DNA of 32,000 bases from Aliivibrio fischeri ES114 (GCF_000011805.1 NC_006841.2); one strand, 5' to 3'; numbered from the stretch's first letter, positions 14,428-25,015 are shown. Translations and numbers: made by a program. The notes: a model not told the origin generated them from the sequence alone.

Positions 14428-14775
14428 TTATTTCGCTTGAAGTGCCTGAGCTTTAAATTGAACACCCGCCCAACCAGTTACCATAAAATTGCGAATGTTT
14501 TGATGATCATCCCCTTGTGGATTTTCTAATACATCCTGACGATAATATTGCCCAAAACACGCTAATGTTTGATCTACACTGAGTTGATTTAATAAAGCGA
14601 AAGCAAAAATCTTACATGAGCCATTATTTTGATCAGCCAAATTAACCGTATTACCATTCGCAAATTCTGTTGGTGTAAACTCATAGTGAGACTCTATCAC
14701 GGCCATGGTTTCGGTAAATTCAATCAATTCAGGCTGTGTGCTTAGTTTTTCAATAAATGCGTTTAACGTCATCAT
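14428..14775 (-). CDS. HopJ-family (type III effector HopPmaJ-like) small protein
   Basis: 115 aa. The blocks NNGSCKIFAFALLNQLS, TLACFGQYYRQDVL and GDDHQNIRNF match my recollection of the HopJ/PF08888 family. Lies 30 nt upstream of the oxidoreductase, so probably co-transcribed. Confidence 0.7.
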   Translation of the reverse strand: MMTLNAFIEKLSTQPELIEFTETMAVIESHYEFTPTEFANGNTVNLADQNNGSCKIFAFALLNQLSVDQTLACFGQYYRQDVLENPQGDDHQNIRNFMVTGWAGVQFKAQALQAK

Positions 14776-14813
14776 GACTTCCTTTTATCAACTGGTTTTT
14801 ATCTAAATCCAAT

Positions 14814-14848
14814 ACAAAAAAACCTAGATAGACGTTCTACCTAGGTTT
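14814..14848 (-). terminator. Rho-independent terminator after the small GNAT gene
   Basis: The minus strand reads AAACCTAG-(13-nt loop)-CTAGGTTT followed by TTTTTGTATT, immediately after the stop at 14852. Confidence 0.7.
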
Positions 14849-14851
14849 CAA

Positions 14852-15130
14852 TTATTTCGCTAATACATCTTGCCACTGTGGGTTTTTATTCATGTAATGA
14901 ACCACATAAGAGCAGACAGGCACAATCAATAAATTGGATGTTCTCATCTCATGTAAGAACGACTCCATCATTACTTTGCCGTAGCCTTTTCCTTGTAGCT
15001 CATCAGGGATCCGCGTGCTTATTACATCAAGAATATTACCTTTCTTTTCGTAGTAAACTTTGGCAACTGCATCGCCTTCCAGAGCAATTAAGTAACATTT
15101 ATTATCAGGATCATGAGTTATCATATTCAT
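14852..15130 (-). CDS. Small GNAT-fold N-acetyltransferase (YjdJ-like, 92 aa)
   Basis: LQGKGYGKVMMESFLHEMR and the VPVCSYV motif resemble the single-domain YjdJ-type GNAT (PF14542-like). Confidence 0.7.
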   Translation of the reverse strand: MNMITHDPDNKCYLIALEGDAVAKVYYEKKGNILDVISTRIPDELQGKGYGKVMMESFLHEMRTSNLLIVPVCSYVVHYMNKNPQWQDVLAK

Positions 15131-15170
15131 ACCTACATTCCCTCTTCCTTCTTAAGTACAACTACTTTAA

Positions 15171-16349
15171 TCAGTTCCACTTAAAAATGCGAGTTTCGTT
15201 TCCTTCTTGTGGCGCTTCTGGGATATTTAACGACAATAAGAATGAAATAAAGGCCATTCCAGCACCTACGTAAAACACAGCGGCTGGTGATACAAGCCAT
15301 ATCAAGCCAAAGCTCACAGGGATAACCACGGCTGCAATATGGTTGATAGTAAAGGCTACTCCAGCCGTTGATGCCATATCAGCAGGATCGGCAATTTTTT
15401 GGAAATAGGTTTTAATCGCTAATGCTAAAGCAAAAAACAGATGGTCAATAATGTACAATGCTGCTGCCATTTCCGAGGTTTGTACCAATGCATAACCAAC
15501 AAAAACAAAAATCAGACCGATGTATTCAAACATAAGAGCTTTGCGCTCACCAACAACACCAATCCAACGTCCAATCTTTTTAGCAAATAACCAGTTAAAT
15601 ACGTAGTTGGCTAAAAACAATAACGTGATTTCAGAAGCCGAATACCCGAACTTCTCAACCATTAAGAAGCCAGCAAACACCATAAAGATCTGACGACGAG
15701 CACCACTCATGAAGGTTAATGCGTAATACAACCAATAACGCTTACGCAGTACCAATTTCTTGGTTTGTTGTGTTTCGGTTTCAAAATTTGGAAACGATAA
15801 CCACATGAAGATCGTCACGATTAATGCAATTGAGCCTGCAATGAAGTAAATCCATTTAAACTCTAATTGTACTAATTCAAGCAATACCCATAACACGCCA
15901 TAAGTACATAAAGAAGCAAGCGCACCGATAGAGATAAGTTTACCGAGCATCTCTGGGGCTTCTTCTTTGGTTAGCCATTGCAATGATAATGATTGCTTTA
16001 AGGTTTCAAAATAGTGAAAACCCACCGACATCAATAATGTTGTGCATAATAAGCCATATACACTTGGGAAGAACCCAGTAATAGCAACACCTACCGCTAA
16101 CATCACCAAAGAGAGGATCATGAACTTCTGCTCACGAATAAAAAGAAGGACGAATACAGCGGTAAATGCAAGAAAGCCAGGGATCTCACGGACACTTTGT
16201 AATAAACCAATGTCCGCCCCAGTAAAAGCGGCTTTTTCGATAACAAAGTTATTTAAAAGTGCATTCCATGTAGAGAAAGCAATAGGAACAACAATAGATA
16301 TTAAAATCAAAAACGTTTTGGGATTTCTCCACTGAGCTAGGCTCGACAT
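15171..16349 (-). CDS. MFS-type transporter (about 12 TM segments)
   Basis: 392 aa and uniformly hydrophobic, with about 12 helices and a central loop (QQTKKLVLRKRYW). Substrate unknown. Confidence 0.7.
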   Translation of the reverse strand: MSSLAQWRNPKTFLILISIVVPIAFSTWNALLNNFVIEKAAFTGADIGLLQSVREIPGFLAFTAVFVLLFIREQKFMILSLVMLAVGVAITGFFPSVYGLLCTTLLMSVGFHYFETLKQSLSLQWLTKEEAPEMLGKLISIGALASLCTYGVLWVLLELVQLEFKWIYFIAGSIALIVTIFMWLSFPNFETETQQTKKLVLRKRYWLYYALTFMSGARRQIFMVFAGFLMVEKFGYSASEITLLFLANYVFNWLFAKKIGRWIGVVGERKALMFEYIGLIFVFVGYALVQTSEMAAALYIIDHLFFALALAIKTYFQKIADPADMASTAGVAFTINHIAAVVIPVSFGLIWLVSPAAVFYVGAGMAFISFLLSLNIPEAPQEGNETRIFKWN

Positions 16350-16433
16350 GATAGTGACTCTTATTAATATTTAGATTTACACACTGTAACATATTTCGTT
16401 GAAACATCGTCTTAACGCATGGCGATCTTTACT

Positions 16434-17321
16434 TTATTTACCTTTTAATAATGAGACTAAGTACTGAATACTTTCTGATACTTGTTCTGTTTTGGTATAA
16501 ATCCCAACACTGCCTGATTTTTCTGATCCTTGTGGAAGCGTCACAATTCCCAACTCCGCCATTTTTTCTTTAACTTGATCGGTATAAGGCATGATCGCAT
16601 CACTGGTTTTTAGCATATCAATACTGGCTTTTAAGGAGTTAAGTTCATACACAACTCCTGTTTTTTGCTGTTTAAGATTGAACGCTTCCATACCTTCATC
16701 ATTCAAAATCTTCGTGTGTCTGATGTGATCAGGAGTAACTTTTATTAAAGGGTAATTATCCAACTCATTTGATGTTAGATCATTTGATAACAATGGATGC
16801 CCTTCCCTTACAAACCACGCTTCTTGTTCGATAAATAAAGGCATAAACAATACACGATGTCTTGGATCGATATTTTCAATTTCATGGCCGATAAAAAGAT
16901 CAATATCACCATTGAGTAATTGATTTAACATAGAGAGGCCATTACCAAACTCGATATACATTGAGTTATTTGGATGCTGCTCCACAAATTGTTTAATCAC
17001 TTCAGAAGCAAAACACTCCCACCACGCCTCACCAATACCTAACTTTATCTTACCCTGACTTCTGGCTTTCATGTCGGTCAGTTGATGCATCATTTGACTG
17101 TGTTTTTCAAACAAATCTTGTACATAACGATAATAAAGCCAGCCAGAGCTTGTCAGTTCAACCCCTTTGGATTTTCGATGAAACAAAATCACATCTAAGT
17201 TTTCTTCTAGTTTCTTAATTGCTGTCGTTAATGTCGGTTGACTAATAAACAGTTTTTCAGAAGCGCCTTTAATGCTGCCTTGACGAGCCACTTCATAAAA
17301 ATAGCGTGATGATTTATCCAT
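16434..17321 (-). CDS. LysR-family transcriptional regulator
   Basis: wHTH YFYEVARQGSIKGASEKLFISQPTLTTAIKKLEENLDVILFHRKSKG. The track start 17330 is GTG, and ATG 17321 (MDKSS) is more likely. Divergent from the GH13 gene. Confidence 0.9.
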   Translation of the reverse strand: MDKSSRYFYEVARQGSIKGASEKLFISQPTLTTAIKKLEENLDVILFHRKSKGVELTSSGWLYYRYVQDLFEKHSQMMHQLTDMKARSQGKIKLGIGEAWWECFASEVIKQFVEQHPNNSMYIEFGNGLSMLNQLLNGDIDLFIGHEIENIDPRHRVLFMPLFIEQEAWFVREGHPLLSNDLTSNELDNYPLIKVTPDHIRHTKILNDEGMEAFNLKQQKTGVVYELNSLKASIDMLKTSDAIMPYTDQVKEKMAELGIVTLPQGSEKSGSVGIYTKTEQVSESIQYLVSLLKGK

Positions 17322-17360
17322 AATAAACACTCAGTAATTATTCTGACTTCACAATACCCA

Positions 17361-17383
17361 TGATATAAATTTTTTCTATATCA
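17361..17383. promoter_or_regulatory. Inverted repeat TGATATA-N9-TATATCA in the LysR/GH13 divergent region (candidate operator)
   Basis: 7-bp perfect arms with a 9-bp AT-rich spacer, about 85-105 bp upstream of the glucosidase ATG. AT-rich context, so it could be chance. Confidence 0.3.
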
Positions 17384-17465
17384 GAGTTCAAATTATCAAT
17401 TATTCATCACCGTTTTTTTTCGCTATATTGCGTTTAATTTCTTTTAGTTAGTGGAATAAAAAAAT

Positions 17466-19097
17466 ATGGAAAAGCGTTGGTGGCATAACAGTGTTGTATA
17501 TCAAATTTACCCTCGTAGCTTCTGTGACTCAAATAATGATGGTATTGGTGATCTACAAGGTATTATTAGTAAACTGGATTACTTGCAAGGTCTTGGTATT
17601 GATGTCATTTGGCTTTCTCCTGTTTATCAATCTCCAATGGATGATAACGGTTACGATATCTCTGATTATCAAGCGATTGCGGCTGAATTTGGCACCATGG
17701 AAGACATGAAGCGTTTAATGCAACAAGCAGAAGATCGCGGCATTAAAGTGGTAATGGATTTAGTGGTTAACCACACATCGGACGAACACGCTTGGTTTGT
17801 TGAAGCAAAAAGCGATAAAAATAGTCAATACCGTGATTTTTATATCTGGCGTGATACGGATGAAAACGGCGAAGCACCCAGTGACATTGGATCCATTTTT
17901 GGTGGTTCAGCATGGCAGTGGGATGAAGAAAATCAACAATACTATTTTCACTTATTCTCTAAACGCCAACCAGATTTAAACTGGGAGAACCCAGAAGTTC
18001 ACCAAAAAGTATTTGATATGATGAACTGGTGGATTGACCAAGGTATTGGTGGCTTCCGTCTAGATGTTATCGATTTAATCGGCAAAGAAGTCGACAAGAA
18101 AATCACAGGTGATGGCGAGCGTCTGCACCCTCTTCTTCAAAAAATGAACCAAGCGACATTCGGTGATAAAGACTTGCTTACGGTGGGCGAAACATGGGGA
18201 GCAACACCTGAAAGCGCTCAACTTTATAGTGATCCTGCTCGTCATGAGCTATCGATGGTGTTCCAGTTTGAACACATTACCCTACTTTGGGAAGATGGCG
18301 ATAAATGGAAACCTAAACCACTTGATCTCGCCCTATTTAAACAAGTGATGACCAAATGGCAAGTAGAGCTAAACAATAAAGGTTGGAACTCGCTATTTTG
18401 GAATAACCACGATTTACCTCGTGTTGTCTCTAAATACGGTTGTGATGGCCAATATCGTGTTGAGTCGGCAAAAATGCTGGCAACGACTCTGCATATGATG
18501 AAAGGCACGCCTTATATTTTCCAAGGTGAAGAGATCGGCATGACGAACGTCGCATTCGATACATTAGAAGAGTACAAAGACATTGAAACGTTGAACTTCT
18601 ATCGAGTAAAAACCGAATCAGGTGTAAGTCATGAGAGCATGATGAAAGGGATCCATGCCAATAGCCGTGACAATGCGCGCGCACCAATGCACTGGGATAA
18701 CTCTGATAATGCAGGATTTACTCAAGGTACACCTTGGATCAAACTGAACCCGAATTACCCTGAGATCAACGTTGCCGCAGCGCTAGAAGATAAAAACTCA
18801 ATCTTCTATCACTATCAAAAACTGATCGCTCTAAGAAAGCAGAACCCTGTGATTGTATATGGTGATTTCATTCCTCTGTTTGAAACGCACTCTGCCGTGT
18901 TTGCTTATGAGCGTAAAGATAACGACCAACACTTAGTCGTGCTAAATAACTTTAGTGCAGAGCCACAAACATTAGCATTGCCTGAGCATATTGCTAACCG
19001 CTCTGTAGAATGCTTAATCAGTAATCTTGAACCAACAACACAATTAGGCTCTGAGTTGATATTAGCACCTTATCAAAGCTTGGTTTTAGCGCTTTAA
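17466..19097 (+). CDS. GH13 alpha-glucosidase (oligo-1,6-glucosidase / trehalose-6-phosphate-hydrolase-like)
   Basis: WWHNSVVYQIYPRSF, DLVVNHTSDEH, GFRLDVIDLI (nucleophile Asp), VGETWG (acid/base Glu) and FWNNHDLPR form the canonical GH13 conserved regions. 543 aa. No adjacent PTS gene, so I do not assign treC. Confidence 0.9.
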   Translation: MEKRWWHNSVVYQIYPRSFCDSNNDGIGDLQGIISKLDYLQGLGIDVIWLSPVYQSPMDDNGYDISDYQAIAAEFGTMEDMKRLMQQAEDRGIKVVMDLVVNHTSDEHAWFVEAKSDKNSQYRDFYIWRDTDENGEAPSDIGSIFGGSAWQWDEENQQYYFHLFSKRQPDLNWENPEVHQKVFDMMNWWIDQGIGGFRLDVIDLIGKEVDKKITGDGERLHPLLQKMNQATFGDKDLLTVGETWGATPESAQLYSDPARHELSMVFQFEHITLLWEDGDKWKPKPLDLALFKQVMTKWQVELNNKGWNSLFWNNHDLPRVVSKYGCDGQYRVESAKMLATTLHMMKGTPYIFQGEEIGMTNVAFDTLEEYKDIETLNFYRVKTESGVSHESMMKGIHANSRDNARAPMHWDNSDNAGFTQGTPWIKLNPNYPEINVAAALEDKNSIFYHYQKLIALRKQNPVIVYGDFIPLFETHSAVFAYERKDNDQHLVVLNNFSAEPQTLALPEHIANRSVECLISNLEPTTQLGSELILAPYQSLVLAL

Positions 19098-19122
19098 ACC
19101 TATATTTTGAACTGCCTAATAG

Positions 19123-19160
19123 CGCCCTATTACTTTCATTGGTATAGGGCGTTACTTTTT
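19123..19160 (+). terminator. Rho-independent terminator between the convergent GH13 and response-regulator genes
   Basis: CGCCCTAT-(13-nt loop)-ATAGGGCG followed by TTACTTTTT. Confidence 0.65.
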
Positions 19161-19166
19161 GCATTA

Positions 19167-19970
19167 TCACATCCCTTTAAACAAACTTTGAGCACTTCTG
19201 CTTACGGGTAATTTCACACCACCAATATGAACATACAAATGCCCCAGTAAATCCTTTTTCACTTTTTCTATTTGAGCAACATTAACGATACTTGAACGGT
19301 GAATTTGCCAAAAATGATCTGGATTGATCTTTTGCTGTAACTCTTTTAGCGAACTGCGAATAAGGTATTCCGTTATATCGATATCATTTTGCTTGGCATA
19401 AACCGAAACGTATTTATCCTCCGCTTTAAAATACAAAACATCTGAAACAGAAATTAAATGTAGATCTTCACCTTTGTACGCTTTAATCCAACATAAATAT
19501 TCTGGTTGTTGCTGTGCAGACAGTTGCTGTATCTGAGCAAAAAGATCACTCAATACATCTTGATTTTGTTTAGGCGCTGAGTGTTTATTTTGCTGAGTTA
19601 CCCTCTGTTTTAGTTTTTCACAGGTGGCTTCAAGTCTGGTTTCAGAGATGGGTTTTAACACATAATCAATCGCATTGGTTTCAAACGCTTTTACCGCAAA
19701 TTCATCATAAGCGGTAATGAAGACAATTAACGGCGCTACGGTACCTTTTTGTAATTTTGCCGCCAATGCCATGCCATCTAACTCTGGCATTTTTATATCT
19801 AAAAAGGCGATATCCGGTTGGTGTTGTTCTATTGCATCAAGCGCTTCTTTACCGTTAGCACATACTGCTACAATATCTAAATCAAACCAAAGATCGGATA
19901 ACATTTTTTCTAAATGAAAGCGTAATAATGGCTCATCATCGGCAATAACGGCGGTAATGGATTGACTCAT
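19167..19970 (-). CDS. LytTR-family two-component response regulator (AlgR/BtsR-like)
   Basis: Receiver domain ([11 protein letters not shown]...[14 protein letters not shown]...K) plus a C-terminal LytTR DNA-binding domain ([11 protein letters not shown]). There is a 4-nt ATGA overlap with the kinase gene. Confidence 0.9.
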   Translation of the reverse strand: MSQSITAVIADDEPLLRFHLEKMLSDLWFDLDIVAVCANGKEALDAIEQHQPDIAFLDIKMPELDGMALAAKLQKGTVAPLIVFITAYDEFAVKAFETNAIDYVLKPISETRLEATCEKLKQRVTQQNKHSAPKQNQDVLSDLFAQIQQLSAQQQPEYLCWIKAYKGEDLHLISVSDVLYFKAEDKYVSVYAKQNDIDITEYLIRSSLKELQQKINPDHFWQIHRSSIVNVAQIEKVKKDLLGHLYVHIGGVKLPVSRSAQSLFKGM

Positions 19971-21019
19971 GAATACTCCCTATTTAATTGAAGTAATTTA
20001 TCCGATGGAATTGTCACCTCTGCACTTACACCACCATCTTTATTTTCAGTAATACGAACGGAAGCACTGCCATCGAACAAATCATATAATCGCTGTTTGA
20101 TATTATTTAAGCTCATCCCATGTCCTTTACTTGGCGGTACTGACTCCAATCCAACTCCATTATCAGAGATAACAACAATAAACTGATTATTCTCTTGCTT
20201 AAACTGAACCATAAGCTGCCCTCCCTGCGCACTCGGCTCTATACCATGGGTAATGGCATTTTCAACCAGAGGCTGAATTAACAGAGGTGGCAGAGAAATA
20301 GACTCAATTATCTGATTATCAATCTCATACGTTAAACGATCTCCTAAACGGATCTGTTGAATCGATAAATAAGCATTTAATAGCTCAATTTCTTGCTCAA
20401 CGGTAATTAATGGATTTCGGTTTGTCTTTAGCGATCCTCGCAGCAAATCCGTCAGTTTCTCTAGCATCAATTTTGCTTTATTGCTGTCTAACTCAATTAA
20501 CGCGCTGATATTCGCTAAGGTATTAAATAAAAAATGTGGCTCAATTTGACTTTGAAGCTGACTTAACTGGCTTAATACTAGCGCCTTTTCTTGCTCTAAC
20601 TGTTTACGCTTAGAGAGTGCCAACGCTTGCTCTGCTAACATGGTTTTCTCAGTTGCGTGAAAGTAATAGAAACAGATAGCGGTAAAGATCAATCCTAGTA
20701 ATACGATGGGCTGGAGTGCTTCTAAGGTGGCGAAATCCTCATATTTATTTAGCCATAATGATGCGTGAAACGTACCTAATGTGATAGAAAGCACCATGGC
20801 TAATACGGTGGAGTAGGCTTTTTTTAAAGTGGGAAAATTATTCTCTAAGACAAATGAGCATAAAACAGCACTGTAGCCATAACCTAAACTAATAGTGATA
20901 TGCTCATAAAATGGTGATGGCCAAATATTGCTCGTCATCATGGCAATAACTGTACAAAACAGCGTAGTAATCAGCAAACTTTTCACTAATTGCATTATCG
21001 TTTCTTTTCGCTCACTCAT
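19967..21019 (-). CDS. LytS/YehU/AlgZ-type sensor histidine kinase
   Basis: About 4-5 N-terminal TM helices, then the His_kinase H-box [14 protein letters not shown] and the HATPase N-box [21 protein letters not shown] upstream of ATG 21019. Confidence 0.9.
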   Translation of the reverse strand: MSERKETIMQLVKSLLITTLFCTVIAMMTSNIWPSPFYEHITISLGYGYSAVLCSFVLENNFPTLKKAYSTVLAMVLSITLGTFHASLWLNKYEDFATLEALQPIVLLGLIFTAICFYYFHATEKTMLAEQALALSKRKQLEQEKALVLSQLSQLQSQIEPHFLFNTLANISALIELDSNKAKLMLEKLTDLLRGSLKTNRNPLITVEQEIELLNAYLSIQQIRLGDRLTYEIDNQIIESISLPPLLIQPLVENAITHGIEPSAQGGQLMVQFKQENNQFIVVISDNGVGLESVPPSKGHGMSLNNIKQRLYDLFDGSASVRITENKDGGVSAEVTIPSDKLLQLNREYS

Positions 21020-21095
21020 TAGAATCGTCCTTTTATATTCAGTAATAGCATATGCTTATCGGATAAATTTGCATACGCTGAGTCGCTTTTTCCTA

Positions 21096-22274
21096 TTAAA
21101 AAACGCGCGGCAGTTCCATTTCTACACTTGAATCACCTGAATCATGAAGCAAATAATTTAGCCATTGCGTGGCTATCACTCCGTTATCTTCTGGTGAATA
21201 CAATACATCAAATGTTGGGGTAAACTGACTTAACCATGAGAGGTCTTTACTCCACTGCCACCTTGTCCATGCGTTAGGATCTAAGCTCCAATGAAACATC
21301 ATGTTATGTTGAACCATATTGACATGATTAAAACCTTGTTGATATGACGCTGTTGCTACAGTAAGCGCATTATTCCACTCGTTTTTACTCCATGCTCGAC
21401 TGTCATACCAATACTCTACAACGACACTGCTTCCGATTTCATTTGCCCAAGTTAACCCTACTAGCGCTTGATAGGCATTCTCTTCTTTTTCTAAAGTGAC
21501 AGGATAACGTGTGATACTTGGCTGCTGATAAGAAAGATACTTTGATTGATACACTGCCGAGCCATGAAACTCCCACGCGGTATCTAGCACAGTAACAACA
21601 CTGGCTCCCAATAACCCTTGTCGAACATCATCATAATAAGCAACCCATTGGTATTCTGTATCTCCCACTAACGCATAGCGTCTTATGCCAATCCCTTGCT
21701 GTTCACCTTGCTCTTCTAACTCACTTCCTTTTTGTTGCGTCCATGATGAGTCGGTATAAATTAACGACCATTCACCTTGGTCATCAAAATAAGAGACCGA
21801 AGCGACACCGGCCCCTTCCTCTACTTGTATACCAACAGGGTTTCGACGATAAGGGGTAAAAATATCCAGCGGGCGATATCCATAACCAACACCCCAATCG
21901 ACTCTTACTTTACCCAACTGTAAATCCAATGGAATATCGGCAATATCAATGCTGCTTTGCCAAAATAATTCACTGACAATCAGCTCACCTTCTGCACTTT
22001 TATCTTCTAATTGATTGCTAGACTGGTAATAAAGATCATTACCTTTAAGAGCCACCACCGCATTCCAGTTCTGATAACCGATTTGAACATCCAGTAATCC
22101 ATTAAATGACTCTTGGTGTTCATTGTCTGTCATTTGAGAAAAAACCGTCTCTCGCTGTTGAACCGTTTCGGCACTCAGCATCCAATCCCACTCGAAAGTC
22201 ATCTCAGAGGCTTGAGCGCTTAAAGAAGCCACCCAAGCACTACAATATACTAGCCGTTCTAGCCAAGATTTCAT
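21096..22274 (-). CDS. Putative outer-membrane beta-barrel protein
   Basis: Signal peptide MKSWLERLVYCSAWVASLSAQA|SE. Alternating aromatic-rich strands. C-terminus ...ELPRVF ends in Phe (OMP beta-signal). The track start is GTG at 22280 (GTGA overlap with the upstream stop). The ATG at 22274 is the alternative. Confidence 0.6.
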   Translation of the reverse strand: MKSWLERLVYCSAWVASLSAQASEMTFEWDWMLSAETVQQRETVFSQMTDNEHQESFNGLLDVQIGYQNWNAVVALKGNDLYYQSSNQLEDKSAEGELIVSELFWQSSIDIADIPLDLQLGKVRVDWGVGYGYRPLDIFTPYRRNPVGIQVEEGAGVASVSYFDDQGEWSLIYTDSSWTQQKGSELEEQGEQQGIGIRRYALVGDTEYQWVAYYDDVRQGLLGASVVTVLDTAWEFHGSAVYQSKYLSYQQPSITRYPVTLEKEENAYQALVGLTWANEIGSSVVVEYWYDSRAWSKNEWNNALTVATASYQQGFNHVNMVQHNMMFHWSLDPNAWTRWQWSKDLSWLSQFTPTFDVLYSPEDNGVIATQWLNYLLHDSGDSSVEMELPRVF

Positions 22275-22276
22275 GA

Positions 22277-23074
22277 TCACAAATCCAACTGTTTGGTGCG
22301 TGACAGATAAGCAGGGTTATAATATTTATCGGCAATCTCTGTTGGTGTAATTTCTTTATATTCAATCACCGTTTTTTGATTGGTTTGAATTTGATCGTTT
22401 AACACCATTGAAATCACTTTGGCTTCACCTTCCCTTACCCCTTTAATAAACCACGCTTCTTTGGCCATTTTTCCTGACCGCAAATACAAATCGGCTTTAA
22501 TCGGAAAACCCGTTCCTTGCTCTAACCATAAATCGATAGTGAAATAACTCGCGCCTTTTGTTGTCGCTTTTAGTTTAATCTTCTCAGTTTGAATCGCTTG
22601 ACCATCGGTTAGCTCGAACGTTGTCGATTCAATCCACTTACCTTGATAATCCTCACTCCACGTTAACGTTGAAATGTCACCCACAGAGGCTTCACCGAGT
22701 AACTTTTGCATCGGTGTAATACGAATTGGGCGGCGACTTTTCGGCATGAGTAACCAATAGTTATCCCCTAGCATCAGCATCTTTTGTCCGGCTTCCACTT
22801 GAGAATTAAACAACACCAAAGATTCTCGATCTTCTCGTGTGTATACCGTGTATTGGCGAGTTTTATCTAGCTCGTCATTTTTGTATAGCTTAACCTCAGA
22901 AACCACTTTTGCTGAACTTTCACCTAAGCGAAAATCATCGGCCTTTTTCACCAGTTGTTTCACTTGAGCCTCGGTTAGACTGCTTGTGTTATCCATACTT
23001 TGTATTGTTGCGGTTGCGGTCGATTGGAAGCCAACAAGCACGAACAGAATAAATAAGTGAGATAATTTAGACAT
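22277..23074 (-). CDS. LolA-like outer-membrane lipoprotein-sorting-protein family protein
   Basis: Signal peptide, then the blocks ESLVLFNSQVEAGQKMLMLGDNYWLLMPKSRRPIRI and LLGEASVGDI. These match what I recall of the LolA_like family commonly encoded next to FtsX-type permeases. Confidence 0.7.
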   Translation of the reverse strand: MSKLSHLFILFVLVGFQSTATATIQSMDNTSSLTEAQVKQLVKKADDFRLGESSAKVVSEVKLYKNDELDKTRQYTVYTREDRESLVLFNSQVEAGQKMLMLGDNYWLLMPKSRRPIRITPMQKLLGEASVGDISTLTWSEDYQGKWIESTTFELTDGQAIQTEKIKLKATTKGASYFTIDLWLEQGTGFPIKADLYLRSGKMAKEAWFIKGVREGEAKVISMVLNDQIQTNQKTVIEYKEITPTEIADKYYNPAYLSRTKQLDL

Positions 23075-24335
23075 AAATAAGCGCCTCTGTAATGGGTTTT
23101 TTCACGCCTTTTTTGGCCGATAAGTATGCTGCCAGTAAACAAATACACACAACACCAACGCCAGCATAAGCCACTAATTCAAATGAGAAATAAATATTCA
23201 GTGGGTAACCGTCCGTTCTTCCCGGTGGTGGTGGCATCTGCACATCAACCACTAACAGCAGTATTGTCGTTAAGGCTGTCATTACTGCACCAAGCACCAC
23301 TCCTATTACCGCAAGTAAGCCAGCTTCTCGTAAGAATGAGTGAATGATCTCGTTAGGATAGCTTCCTAATGCGGATAACGTGCCGATCTCACGTGTTCTT
23401 TCTGTTACTGACATCGTCATGGTATTAAACAAAGCCACAAAAACGACTAATCCCATCACAAAGCCCATCACACCAAAGATAAGATCATATAAATCTTTCA
23501 CTTTGTTGTAGAAAAATGCGCGTTCTTGCCATGGAGTGATTTCAACGTCGTAATCAAGTGGCATTGTTTCTAACTCTTGAGCTAATCGTTGATGTAACTC
23601 TGCAGTTTTCTCGGTATCAAATAAAAATACCGATAAGGTACTCACTTTCTCTGATAGCAGTAGCTCTTGTGCAGAATCGATATGAATATAAAGCTGACGT
23701 TTATCTAACTCAGGCACCCCCGTTGAATAGGTACCATGCACTTTAAAATCAAACGCGTTAAGTGCCCCTTCGCTGGTGGTTGCCAGTATGGTTACCCAGT
23801 CACCTACACTGACGTTGAGGTTTCTCGCTAAATCCACTCCAAGCATGATTTCAGGCTCCATGACATCGTATCGACTTGAGGTAATGTCGGTTAACGTTTT
23901 TCCTGATCTCATGTCTAAAAATGGGCCTTTCATATCGAACTCTCGATCGTTCACCCCAGTTCCCATGAAAATCGTCGATTTTACACCATTAGAAATTAGC
24001 CCTGTAAAATCAATTCGAGGTTGTACGCCTCTTACCTCATCGTATTTCATCATGGTGCGAATTAATTCTGATGTATCTGATAATCCATTACTTAATGGCA
24101 TCTCTTCATCGCTTTCAAAGTAACCCGGTTGACTTAATGTAAGATGGCCCGTATCTCTGGCTGTCGATTCTTTCAGTGAGTCATAAGTATATAAACCAAA
24201 CCCACCCGCACTGGTCAATGCAAATACGGTAATCGTAATAATTAAGATAGAAAGTGCGCTACGACGGCCGTTTCGCAATAAATTCAACCACGCTAAACGC
24301 AGAGAATAAGGTAATAGTGAGATTAACTTGCGCAT
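23067..24335 (-). CDS. MacB/FtsX-type ABC transporter permease with a large periplasmic domain
   Basis: TM1 (ALSILIITITVFALT), a periplasmic domain of about 230 aa, then three C-terminal TMs of FtsX type. ATG 24335 (MRKLISLL) has GGAGG 8 nt upstream. The track start 24389 would overlap the ATPase gene by 67 nt. Confidence 0.85.
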   Translation of the reverse strand: MRKLISLLPYSLRLAWLNLLRNGRRSALSILIITITVFALTSAGGFGLYTYDSLKESTARDTGHLTLSQPGYFESDEEMPLSNGLSDTSELIRTMMKYDEVRGVQPRIDFTGLISNGVKSTIFMGTGVNDREFDMKGPFLDMRSGKTLTDITSSRYDVMEPEIMLGVDLARNLNVSVGDWVTILATTSEGALNAFDFKVHGTYSTGVPELDKRQLYIHIDSAQELLLSEKVSTLSVFLFDTEKTAELHQRLAQELETMPLDYDVEITPWQERAFFYNKVKDLYDLIFGVMGFVMGLVVFVALFNTMTMSVTERTREIGTLSALGSYPNEIIHSFLREAGLLAVIGVVLGAVMTALTTILLLVVDVQMPPPPGRTDGYPLNIYFSFELVAYAGVGVVCICLLAAYLSAKKGVKKPITEALIYV

Positions 24336-25009
24336 GACACGGCCTCCTTGCTGATGGTTCCATCCAGTAAGTTGATGCACGTATCGCAATGTTGCGCCAT
24401 TCGATAATCATGCGTTGCAACAATAAAGGTGGTGCCAATTTCCTTCCCGAGCGCTTTCATAATATCAATCACGGTCTCTGCGGTTTGGCTATCTAAACTG
24501 GCTGTTGGCTCATCCGCAATAACCAAACTTGGTTTATGAACTAAAGCACGTGCAATAGCGACACGTTGCTGTTGTCCACCAGAAAGGTTATCAGGTCGAT
24601 GGTGAATAACATCGCCTAGCCCCACTTTTTCTAGCATTTCAGTGGCTAAGATCCTTTGCTCTTTACTGCTGTATCCATTTAACACTAATGGGTATGCTAC
24701 GTTCTCTAATGCGGTCATCACGGGGACTAAATTAAAACGCTGAAACACAAAGCCCAGTTGGTGACGTCGTAACTTAGCGGCTTCAATAGGGTCTTTAGGG
24801 TAAAACTCACCATCCATTTTAATTTCTCCCTGATAATCCATATCAAGTAAGCCTAAGATGTTTAATAAGGTACTTTTTCCTGAACCGGATGGCCCGCATA
24901 ACGCCACCATGCTGCCTTTTATGATAAAACCATCGACTTGTTTCAAAGCCTCCACACGCTGTAAACCGAGCTGATAAGTTTTTTCTATTCCTTTAAAACT
25001 GATCATCAT
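24323..25009 (-). CDS. ABC transporter ATP-binding protein (MacB/LolD-like)
   Basis: Walker A GPSGSGKST, signature LSGGQQQR, Walker B LVIADEPT, H-loop ATHD. Confidence 0.95.
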   Translation of the reverse strand: MMISFKGIEKTYQLGLQRVEALKQVDGFIIKGSMVALCGPSGSGKSTLLNILGLLDMDYQGEIKMDGEFYPKDPIEAAKLRRHQLGFVFQRFNLVPVMTALENVAYPLVLNGYSSKEQRILATEMLEKVGLGDVIHHRPDNLSGGQQQRVAIARALVHKPSLVIADEPTASLDSQTAETVIDIMKALGKEIGTTFIVATHDYRMAQHCDTCINLLDGTISKEAVSCAS

Positions 25010-25015
25010 TATCTC

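Noticed and set aside
14878-16335. ORFs 14878-15273 (131 aa) and 16042-16335 (97 aa) on the plus strand
   Set aside because: They are antisense to the GNAT and MFS genes, span an intergenic gap without coding signal, and show no motifs.
17491-18687. Small ORFs inside or antisense to the GH13 gene (17491-17709, 17797-17979, 18163-18348, 18242-18508, 18430-18687)
   Set aside because: They lie in alternative frames of a gene whose main frame carries all four GH13 catalytic regions, so they are shadow ORFs.
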